Below, in pieces: positions 53,318-64,000 of a stretch of 64,000 nucleotides of DNA (its first letter is position 1; each line of letters starts with the position of its first letter). The notes below the pieces were generated by a model, which was not told the DNA's origin, did no database searches, and saw nothing but the letters and a program-made list of their open reading frames with translations. A program made the translations under genes and the position numbers. This stretch comes from Octopus vulgaris (lineage: Eukaryota). The stretch spans positions 107,756,001-107,820,000 of the forward strand of contig OX597816.1 of the NCBI GenBank assembly GCA_951406725.2. Direction: 5' to 3'.

Positions 53318-54552
53318 TGTATATCCCGTAAATAATGCGGCTTTTTTATAGTTTATTTATTATTAAATACAGTTCTTTTTAATCTAAAATATATTCTCCA
53401 TCATTTTCTACAATACTCTTCCATCTATCTGGTAGATTTGCAAGGCCCCTCTTCCAAAATTCACTTGTCCGCGACGAAAAGTTCTTCTCCACTACTGTTC
53501 TGACCTCGTCTACCGAATTCATATCCTTTTCGTCTAAATGAATTTGAAGATTGCAAAATAAATGATTATCAGATGGAGCAACGTCCGGCGAATATAGTGC
53601 GTGGGGCATCGTTTCCGATTCAAACTACTCCAGCCTTTGGAAATCATCTTCACTGTATGTTGCCAAGCATTATCCTGATGGAAGAGTACCTTTCGTCTTG
53701 AAACCAAAAATGGTTGTTTTAAACGGCTTAAGCTGCTCGCAGTAGATCTTTGTTATCGTTTGGTTTTTGGCTTAAAAATTCAAAGTGGACTAAACCTTTC
53801 ATATTCAACCTAACAAATAACAACACTTTACGTGGAAGAAGACCTTCTTTAGGCTGGGATGTCGGTATTACTCCTTTCCCTACCCACTGTCTTCGGCACT
53901 TGACATTTTTATAGAGAACCCATTTCTCGTCACCAGTCACTATTCTGTCCAAAAAATGTTCATTAGTGAGACGTGACATCAAAGAAGAGCACACGTTTAC
54001 TCTCTGCGCGCGATTAGACTGCGAAAGTTTGTGAGGAACACATTGACCCAATTTGCTGACTTTTCCGATGGCACACACGTGTCGATGACTGGTTGAATGA
54101 CCAAATCTAAACTCCTCTGCTGATTTCTCAACAGTTACGATGGGATTTTGTTCCACCAGGGTTTGCAGGGCATCCTCGTCGAGCTCAACAGATCTTCCAG
54201 GACGAAGTTCATTTTCTAGGCTGTAGTTTCCAGCTCAGAATTTCTGGAACAACCATTGACACTGGTTTACGCTTATTGTCCGATACCTATATACTGCGTT
54301 GTGGCGTTGTTGCCTTTATTGAACTCATGAAGCAAAATATTCCGAATATGTGCCTTTGTAACTTCCATTATAGCTTTGAAAAATGACTGTTAAAATCGAA
54401 CTGCACTATTCAAAACTTGCACTAAGAATAAGGACAGGGCTAAACTACTACCTGCTTTTATAGCAAGTTGATGCACGTAATTTATCCCGTAGACCTCCAG
54501 CTTTTAGTCCATGCAGTTGAAAAGAAACGCATTATTTATAGGATGACACAAT
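53318..54552 (-). mobile_element. Full-length decayed mariner transposon
   Basis: Imperfect TIRs atcccgtaaataatgcgg and cgcattatttataggat; transposase remnant inside. Confidence 0.9.
53379..54368 (-). pseudogene. Mariner DD34D transposase pseudogene
   Basis: MEVTKAHIRNILLHEF..., CVPHKL (WVPHEL), IVTGDEKWVLY, HQDNA, YSPDVAPSDNHLF, GEYILD*. Several frameshifts. Confidence 0.92.
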
Positions 54553-54666
54553 ATATGTGTGCTCTCAGGTTTTTGGGATAAAGTATTCAGAAATAACCAA
54601 ATAGGTTTACCATGAAGTCCTTGAAATATTCATGGGCCCCGCTTGTTATTATTATTATTATTATTA

Positions 54667-54729
<63 letters not shown>

Positions 54730-54865
54730 CGCCTTGGTTGATTTTACCTTTTATCTTTTCGGGGTCGATGAAAAAAGTGTCAGTTGAATATTGAGGCTGA
54801 TGTTATAGACTTGTCCCCTCCTCCAAAATTTCAGACCTTCTACCTATTGTAGAAAGGATTATTAT
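54730..54865 (+). mobile_element. SINE family A, 5'-truncated, within (ATT)n
   Basis: ttttcggggtcgatgaaa centre and tagaaaggattattatt tail. Confidence 0.7.
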
Positions 54866-57800
54866 TACGGTTATTAATGCTGTTGTTTTAATGAACAGAT
54901 ATGTTTAATACAACATCGAAGCAGAATCCAATTTAATACGCTTAACTTATTACAAAGGAATTATTTTGTCTTAATTTGCTCACAAAAGTCCTTTACGCAG
55001 CCATCCGAAGACGGTGGTGGCACAGAAAATTGTTCGTCGTAGACCATTTTTAATGTTTTGTAAATAGTGTCTATTTAAAAAAAAGTAATATGGCTTTCGT
55101 TGGACGAGCATTAGGAGTTGCATTAGCCATAAATATATATAGTGACAGATTGCACCCAAATATTTGTTTAAAAAAATTTCTGTAAAAAAAAAGCCATTAA
55201 AAGTCCAATCGGAAAATATGACAAGTATTTTCACTTGAACGTAAGAATTCTCACTTTATCAATTACCATTATCGAAAACATAAGCAATTCAAGGTTCACA
55301 AGAATTTTGAGTCAGAGGGAGTTCATATCACGGGTCAGCATCTGAAAATTTAAAGGGAAAAACTTGGGAGAGATATATCACGAGAAAAAGTGAGAAAGGA
55401 GGAAATTGACATACTTGTGTATTTTGAAGAAGGGAGAGAAATTTCTTATAGGCTTCAAGCATCAATTAGATCAGACCCTGGCCTATGGGTAGCAAAAAGC
55501 GTATTCCTTTGATGGAGACAAGCGTGCGTCTGGTTTTGGGATTCAAGATGCGGTGAAAAAATAGACGCACTGAAACGGGTGTTGATGTCTGTGAAATCAA
55601 CGCGGTGCTGTGAATGTTTTGTAAACGAAAATATGCAGCTAATAATACAAATATTTGAAAAATGAATATCGAGTAAAAAGCAAGAAGCCAAGGTATCGAA
55701 CTCAGTAATATTAATCAAGCAGTTTTCATCTCGATATCACCTTAGAAGTCCTATGTGTTATCTCAGAGTTTATATATCTGCTATAAATGTGAGAGCGTAT
55801 GTGGCTATGTGGTTGTGCCAGAAAGGCTATGAAACGGTACGTTCTTGAGAAAAATGAATTTGACTTTCGAAATCTGCATCCCAGAGGTTTTTAAATTTTA
55901 AAAATATAACTTGCCAGGAGAAAAATCTCAACTTTTAGATCGACAAATCTCCCACTCTCTATCTGTCAATATCAGACTCTCTCTTTCTTTCTTTCTTTCT
56001 TTCTTTCATTCTTTCTTTCTTTCTCTCTGTCTCTGTCTCTCTCTCTCTTTGTAAATGTATTATCTCGTACGCATGCTGTCCCTCCCGCCCCACTCCCTCC
56101 TCATGTGCTTTCATTTTGTTTTAAACTTCTTCATGAAATACTAGCTTCCAATTCTTGTTTTCCGATTGATTAAGATTATCAAACTTTAAACCTCTGTAAA
56201 ATTTTCCATCATTTTGCTGCAATAAATGAATCGCAAAATCGGATTTAGCGGGAAAAAGTACATCAATATACCAAATTCGAAAATTTTCAATTAATTTTAA
56301 AATTTCAAAATCTATAATAGCAACAGAAAAGATTTCTGTCTGCCTGTCTGTCTGTCTACCTGCCTGTATGTCTGTCTGTCTGTCTGTCTGACTGTCTGTC
56401 TCTTTCTATCTATCTCCCTCTCTTTCATTCTTCGCTTTTGTCATTGTAAAATATTCCCTCTCTATATTTACCACACTCTCTCTCACTCTCTCCATACATG
56501 TAGCGCTCACGCTGAGTGTGTGTATGTGTGTGTGTGGTTGTGTGTGATCATGCATGTGTAAATAATTTCAAAGGGGTGACAGAGAGATATAAAAAAGGTA
56601 TGTAAAAGATAATTTATTTTATGAGCATACTTTTCTGTTAGTAAATGTTTTTCTTACATAAACACGCACACGCTCACACACACACACACATACACACACT
56701 CAAATATGGACGCACTTGGTGCGGGGTGTTCATTAAAAAATTTAAATTATGAATTTTATTTTTGTTGCATAAATCCCAGCAATGGACCATGCTTCTGCTA
56801 AACAAAAAAGTTATTTCCTCATCATCATTCCATAAAATATGCTTATAGGGAGAAAAATATTGAAAGTTATCATCAATATATTTCAGAGTGACAAAGAAAT
56901 GGGAAATGCATGAGGTGGTCGTGGGTTATGCTCGAAACAACAGCTAAATATCCCTCAAGTCACACACATTTTCGTGTGAAAAGTATTTTGAAATTATATG
57001 CAGAGACAAATTGCAGATTCGGATTGTCCGTTTTAAAAACTATAATTAGCGATAAAAAATTCGAAAAAGTGCCGAAATTTTAAGATTTATGGTGGGGTGG
57101 GGTTAATAAAAGAAATATATATAAAAATCAGTTTTGTTTTTAAATTGCGTTTAATTTTCTGTTTGACAATAAAAGAAGTGTCGTTTGGAATAGTGACTGC
57201 CAATTTGCTATTTTTTTTTAACAACAAGGTTTTTCCAGTCGTTTTCAAATGTGTAGTGCAAAAAAAAAAAAGAGAGAGAGAAAACACAGGAAGGGGTTAA
57301 AAATAAAATATAAATTTCAATTTTTTTGTTTTTTTACCGAAATGGCGGCTCCTACAAATTTTAAATGCATAGTGTCCACCTCACAAAATTGGACAAAATC
57401 GGTCAAAAAGGGAGGAAGAATGATTCATAAATGCTCAAAAATTATTTTCCGTCCCATCCCCACTACTATTTGCGAGGGTGTGGTGACAAAAATTTAAAAA
57501 TCACTGTCAAAATGGGAAAATCCAACTTAGGTGGAAGTACTATGCATGTATATTTATTAAATACATAAATATATATATGCTTCATTGTAAAATGTTAGTC
57601 GAGTACAAAGCGTAATATGAAATTAAATAAAATACAAAAGAAAAGGAGAGTAATGCAATAAAGTTTATTAGCTTACAACTTTTTCTTGTATCAGATGCAG
57701 TGAACTCAGAGCTGAGTGCATGTGCATCACCTTATAGCTTCTTCAGATTTTCGAACATAAAGTTACAAGTTTATTTCGGTAAACGTTTATATATATATCT

Positions 57801-57881
57801 GGAACAGGTCAATTTAAAAAAGAAAAAAAAAATTATAATAATAATAACAATAACAACAACAACAACAACAATAACAACAAC

Positions 57882-57977
<96 letters not shown>

Positions 57978-58236
57978 GATGATAATGATGATGATATATA
58001 GAGTTTGAAGAATAAAATCTATTGCTAGAAGTATATAGAAATATAAAATTAGATAATTTTAGTGTATACATAAGTGTGCGTGTGTGTGCATATATATATA
58101 TACATGCATACACTCAAACATATATTTACATGCTTACTAACAAGCACACGTAGGAGCAGATCTGCTTAAATGTGTTGAGAAACACGGACATTTGCGTACA
58201 AGTAGACATTTCTATATTTATACTCACACATCTCTA

Positions 58237-58274
<38 letters not shown>

Positions 58275-59066
58275 TGTATGTGTGTGTGTGTGTTCGTCCT
58301 TGGTCGAAAGACACCTGATGTTATGTCCTGTTATTTGTATTTGTGTAACATTTCTCTGTTTTTTTCTCCGTCCTTGTTTTCGTATACATTCGCTGCTTTC
58401 TTCCAAGGAATGTAATGCTCTTAGTTTATTTTTTACTTGGGGCTTGCCAGATTGGAGCAATCTCGAGTATAACCAGCCGAAATTGCAAAGAAAATCTGGA
58501 TCACGAATGAGGATAGAAAACTCCGAATGATTTCCACAGAAGGAAATTCTGTGTTGTCGGAATCGATTCCCCTTTCACCCTGTATTTTTGTTCATGATAA
58601 ACCAATATTTGATGATATTTAGTAAACAGCAGTCAAATTTTGAATAATAAAACGCCTAACAAAATACCTTAAAATATCATACACTATTCAGTTATGTCTC
58701 TTTATGGCATGGGTTTAAATTGCATTGATATCGACATCTCGATATCAACAGCATCCAGCTGTTCAAATTTTAATACAGGTGAGCCATCGATTTGCAGAAA
58801 CCTTTGATTCCAAAGCGATTCTAGATTACCAGTGGTGATCAACTTGATCGAAACACTATAGATTAAACAAATATTAAATTGGCTAAATAATTAAATGAAA
58901 TGCAGGTACTTCCCTCCCCATAGTTCCGGGTTCAGTCCCACTGCGTGGTACCTTAATCGGGTAACGGATACCGATAGTATATACGGATATTTTATCCTTT
59001 AGCCGGTTATTATAACCGCTAACTCTGTTTACACTATATATCTATATCTATATCTATATCTATATC

Positions 59067-59562
59067 TCAAGTATCACTTGAAAAGGAAAGTGAGAGTAGA
59101 GAGGCAAGTTTTGTCTAGCGAATGTTTTAAAAAAAGATGGGTGAATGTAGCTAGAATGGCACGTATTAATGACGAAGTCACCTTGAGCATAATCCTATGA
59201 ACCCGGAAATTTAAAACAGAGGGTTACCTACTTGCAAAAAAATGTGGTAACATGAAAGCAATATTGACCGAGGTTAGTGTGGTCTTTTCCGTAGGTTTTT
59301 CTTTCCATGATAAACCTTATCTGCTTCCCCCTTTACACCTTACATGATGACACTGTGATACACGATCCCTGTTGATAGATTTTTTCCCCCTTTTTCTTCT
59401 TTTTTCTCTTTTCTTTTCCTTTTTTTTCTTTTTTTTACTTCTTTCCCTTTTACGATCCCTTTTGATCGAAAACCTACCCCACCTTTTTTCTCCTCTAAAA
59501 GAAAAGCTCTACCTTGTAATTTGCCCCGTCTGTGTGCAGCCCTGTGTGGCTAATAAAGAAAC
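59067..59562 (+). mobile_element. Tx1/L1-type LINE 3' end (ORF2 C-terminus and 3' UTR) in a (TATC)n-like microsatellite
   Basis: Open frame KYHLKRKVRVERQVLSSECFKKRWVNVARMARINDEVTLSIIL* (stop 59198-59200; F..RW motif), T-rich UTR, end gccctgtgtggctaataaagaaa. Confidence 0.65.
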
Positions 59563-59563
59563 A

Positions 59564-59626
<63 letters not shown>

Positions 59627-59729
59627 ATATATATATATATATATATGTAGGTCCCGGGTTGATTCGGGGTTAACCACAGTAAGTAAGGTACTCAATACAT
59701 AGCAGAGTAAAATTAATTTATTATATAGG

Positions 59730-59780
59730 AGCTTCTACAGGACTATTACTGTTTCATTCAAGAGAAATCTTCAGGAAGCT
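59730..59780 (-). ncRNA. Type I hammerhead ribozyme motif with canonical core and full stem III
   Basis: AGCUUC-CUGAAGA-U-UUC(UCUU)GAA-U-GAA-ACAG(UAAUAGUC)CUGU-A-GAAGCU: 6-bp stem I, 4-bp stem III, GUA site. Confidence 0.8.
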
Positions 59781-60066
59781 ATTTAACAAGAATTGTATTA
59801 GCATTTATACATTTAGGCAGGTTTAAAGGAGTGGTGGTGGGGGACTTTTTGGGGGTAGGCATAGCGCAAAATATCATACTTGGGGGAGTGGTCAAGGAGT
59901 CAGTGGTAAGTCAGATGAAAGAATAGATAAATAAAAAAATAAAAAATAAAAAAATAAAATAAAATAAAAAAATAAAAAAATAAAAAAATAAAATAAAATA
60001 AAAAAATAAAAAATAAAAAAATAAAAAATATATATAAAAAAATATATATATAAAAAATCTATATAT

Positions 60067-61412
60067 ATGATCGATGCGATTAACTTCGCCAGGAGGTCCT
60101 CCACCATCACCGAGGCCGAGCAAGATGTGATCCTCCACGCACGTAAGACTTTTCTTTTCTATGACGGATCCCACTGGATCAACAAAAAATCTGTGACCCC
60201 CTTCGACGTCAGCATGGGTGCTAACGACTCTGCTGAAATAAGTGACCTAGTGGGCCTTTTCATCCTCCATAGGCTGAAAACCCTATTCACAGGCCTCTCC
60301 GGTGGTCTTTACCGAGATGACGGCCTTTTCGCCCTCCACAATATAAACCCCAGGACCACGGATGGGTTCCGGAAAAATCTTCACACCTTCTTTAAAAACT
60401 TAGGCCTTAGGATTACCCTAGAATCCAACTTAACAAAGGCTAACTTCCTCGATGTCACCCTCGACTTAAAAACCTCACTTTATTACCCGTACCACAAACC
60501 AAATGAATCCCTTAGATATATAGATATCAATTCCAACCACCCCAAAAATATATTAGATAACCTAGTAAAAAGTGTCTCAATTAGAATCTCTAGCCTGTCC
60601 GCCACGGAAGATATCTTTAAGGCCGCAGCCCCCTATTACAACGAGGCCCTGGCCCGCAGTGGTTTTAAAGATAAGATTACCTACACTAGTATAGCCCCAC
60701 GCCAACCCAGGAAAAATAGACGAAGACACATTAGCTGGTACAACCCCCCTTCAACCGTGAGGTCGCTACACCTGTAGCTAAGATCTTTTTCACTCTCCTA
60801 CAGAAACACTTCCCCACCCAACATAAGTACTACACTATCCTAAATAAGAACACTATTAGACTCTCCTACTCTACCACGCCCAATCTAGCCAGGAACCTAG
60901 CCAACAACAATGTGAAAAAACTTAACATATCTACTTTCTCCGGGGCCCATCCAACGTCCGATAGCAGTTGCAACTGCCATGATAAAACCACCTGCCCCCT
61001 CAACAACAACTGCCTACAGAGGGACCTAGTATATAAATGCGAGGTAAGTTCAGGCCTTGACGATAAAAGTAAATCCTACATTGGAATGACGTCAAACAGC
61101 TTTAAGACCCGCTGGTACGCACATACACACTCGTTCCGGCGACAGGATAAATCCAACCAAACTACCCTCGCCGCCCACATCTGGTACCTTAAAAGGAACT
61201 CAATCCCCTTCAAGACCAAGTGGAAACTACTACAGAAGGCGCGCTCGTACACAGGAGGACATACCTGCTGTGACCTATGCATATCAGAGAGCCTAGAGAT
61301 CTTGTTCGCCAAAGGCCCTCTCCTTAACAAATTTTCAGAACACTCCCCAAATTTCATGCATAAAAAGTATGCGAACTACAAGAACTATAGACCTACCCAG
61401 CAACCTGATTGA
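60067..61412 (+). pseudogene. PLE reverse transcriptase and GIY-YIG endonuclease (Naiad-like by motif), one frameshift in a C-run at about 60745-60750
   Basis: FDVSMGANDSAEISDLVG, GLYRDDGL, NFLDVTLDL, SNHP, WYNPP. Adding one C continues the frame FNREVATPVAKIFFTLLQKHFP...CNCHDKTTCPLNNNC...LVYKC...YIGMT...FKTRWYAH...CDLC..E...LN. Confidence 0.92.
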
Positions 61413-61489
61413 TGACAACCCCCCCCTACAACCCCCCCAACCCCACTGTTCCCCTAGCACCCCCGATTACCTTTTCTCCTAAGACCTTT

Positions 61490-62317
61490 CACATATTGTA
61501 TGTGCACGCTTGTATATGTGTATCGTATGTATATGTGTATAGAAATGCATGGGTACAGTAGGAATATACGCATGTATTATGTGTGTGTGTGTGTATGTAG
61601 GCATGTAAGAATATATATATATATGTATATATATTTGCATATGTATATATATATATGTATGTATATATGTATGTGCTTGCATGTGTGTGTGTGTGTATAT
61701 ACGTATATGTGTTTGTATGTATATGTGTATATATGTATATGCATGTGTATGTGTAAATGTATGTGTTTATGTATGTGTATGTATGTATAAAATATTATAT
61801 AATCAGGGCTTAGTAAAATAAAATAAATTACTTTGCCACATACTAAACTTTCTAGAAATAGCAGCCAATAAAGTTTTTTAGCCTCTTCCACTACTTAGAG
61901 AATTTTTTCCCTCTAACATTGTTTACTCAAAATAATAATGGTCCCTTTACATACTGAATACTTGGTGAAATTGATTAATAACTAATTAACTTTACCCTCC
62001 CTTGTTGATATATATGTATGTATATGTGTACATGTATGTATATATATGTGTGTGTGTGTATGTGTGTATGTATGTATTTGTATATGTATATGTGTGTGTG
62101 TATATGTATGTGTGCGCGTGTGTGTGTATGTATGTGTATGTATATTTATATATGTATATGCATGTATATATATGTGTGTGTATATGTGTATTATGTATGT
62201 ATTTATATGGATATGATATTTATATATATATGTATGTATATGCATCTGTCTGTGTGTGTGTATGTGTATATATGTGTATCATTATTGCGTATGTATACAT
62301 GTATATGTGTATATGTA

Positions 62318-62356
<39 letters not shown>

Positions 62357-62359
62357 GGG

Positions 62360-62390
<31 letters not shown>

Positions 62391-62479
62391 ATGTGTATGT
62401 ACATGTATATGTGTGTGTGTGTATATATATATATATGTTTATATGTGAGTATGTAGAGATATAAGTATATGCATGTGTA

Positions 62480-62527
<48 letters not shown>

Positions 62528-62677
62528 GGTATGTGTATCAGTGTATATGTATATATGTATGTGTGTGTGTATGTATATGTATGTATATGTGTATATATGT
62601 ATGGGTATATGTGTATATATGTGTATATATATGTATGTGTGTGTATGTGTATGTATGTGTATATGTGTATGTATGTG

Positions 62678-62732
<55 letters not shown>

Positions 62733-63041
62733 GTATGTATGTGTATATATATATATATATATATGAGTGCGTGTGTGTATGTATGCATATATGTATGTAT
62801 GCATGTATATGTGTATGTATATATGTGTGTAGGTGTGTGCATATATGTATATGTAAGTATGTGTGCGTGTATGAGTATGTATGTATGCTTGCACACGTGT
62901 ATTTATGTGTGTGTGTGTATATATATGGACGCGCGTGCGTGTGTGCACGTGTATGGGTACGCATGTATATGTGTATGTGCGTGTATGTGTATACGTGTAT
63001 GTATGTATGTGTGTGCGTATATTTGTATATGTATGTGTGAG

Positions 63042-63081
<40 letters not shown>

Positions 63082-63283
63082 TGGGTGTGTGTATGCGTAT
63101 AAATGCATGTAAGTATGGATGTACGGATGTATGTATGTATGTATACGTATGTATGTGTTTGTGTGTATATGTATGTATGTGTGTGTATGTGTGTATATAT
63201 ATATATATGTGTGTATATATGTTTGTGTATGTATATATATGTGTATGTATGTGTGTGTATATATGTATGTGTGTATGTGTATG

Positions 63284-63359
<76 letters not shown>

Positions 63360-63397
63360 TATGTATCTGTATGTAGGAGTATATGTGTGTGTGTGTA

Positions 63398-63428
<31 letters not shown>

Positions 63429-63754
63429 GTATATTTATTGGTGTATATGTATAGACTAGCCTCCTAAAGTGTAGACACGAATCTGTAGGTACGAGTACGT
63501 ATGTGTATATACGTGAACGTATGTAGATGTTTGTATGTATGAATATAACGCGTGCGTACGTGTATGTGTATGAGTGTACGAATGGGTGAATGTACGTGCT
63601 AATGAGTGTGCGTGCGGGAATGAGTACTTGCCTTCTAGTAGACAGACAAATGGACATGCTGCCATAGCCAGGACCCTTAGCTCTAGCGATCAAAGATAAC
63701 AAAAGTAATAAATGAAGATAATAAAATTAAAATTAGGGAATGGGCCTGTATTGG

Positions 63755-63801
<47 letters not shown>

Positions 63802-63900
63802 GTGTATGAGTAGGTATGTATAGGTACACATGTGTATGTGTATGTGTATGTATGTGTGTATATGTATGTATGTGCACACATGTATATATATGTATGCGTG

Positions 63901-63931
<31 letters not shown>

Positions 63932-64000
63932 GTACATATGTGTATGTGGGTGTATGTATATATAGGTGTAAATATGTGTATATAGGGAACTAGGTGTGTT
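61490..64000. repeat. Long degenerate (TA)/(TG) low-complexity tract with two unique islands (about 61790-62000 and 63460-63755)
   Basis: Read directly from the sequence. Confidence 0.9.

Larger units (their letters stand above)
59648..61412 (+). mobile_element. Young 5'-truncated Penelope-like element preceded by an inverted pLTR segment; the 3' end probably lies beyond the window
   Basis: Antisense hammerhead-bearing segment at 59648-59920, an A-rich spacer, then the RT-EN ORF. Confidence 0.88.

Noticed and set aside
55800-57540. Possible DNA transposon relic sharing gcagattcgga-type motifs with the 23061 MITE
   Set aside because: No matching pair of termini could be defined by eye.
60067-61415. 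Selenocysteine recoding, as reported for some Naiad PLEs
   Set aside because: No in-frame TGA at Cys positions in the visible ORF; the only TGA is terminal.
61479-63937. Long ORFs (up to 499 aa) rich in Y/I/H/T/C/V/M
   Set aside because: These are translations of TA/TG/CA microsatellites that lack stops by composition. The same applies to the poly-I, poly-N, poly-L and poly-K ORFs throughout the window.

Overview
AT-rich eukaryotic DNA saturated with microsatellites and transposons. I can support no host protein-coding gene, rRNA, true tRNA or CRISPR array, so it is probably intronic or intergenic. The SINE and retroelement repertoire looks like that of an Octopus (cephalopod) genome (inference). 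Contents: three abundant tRNA-derived SINE families; decayed R4/Dong-type, Tx1/L1-type and RTE LINE pieces; a near-intact Tc1 (DD34E); a decayed mariner (DD34D); MITEs; a non-autonomous Helitron; and at least six Penelope-like element (PLE) remnants with GIY-YIG domains. The most notable structure is a set of type I hammerhead ribozyme motifs read by eye, several with non-canonical cores (a U3-A8 swap, U4C, U-Y mismatch at the base of stem II). Most lie in PLE terminal repeats that form fold-back units around endonuclease-only fragments. One caps a stand-alone hairpin element of about 147 bp, and one lies just downstream of a tRNA-like Pol III promoter. There is also sequence evidence for a SINE/Tx1-LINE shared 3' tail. 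Almost all ORFs in the supplied track are microsatellite artefacts. Boundaries of decayed elements are approximate, and no database searches were run.
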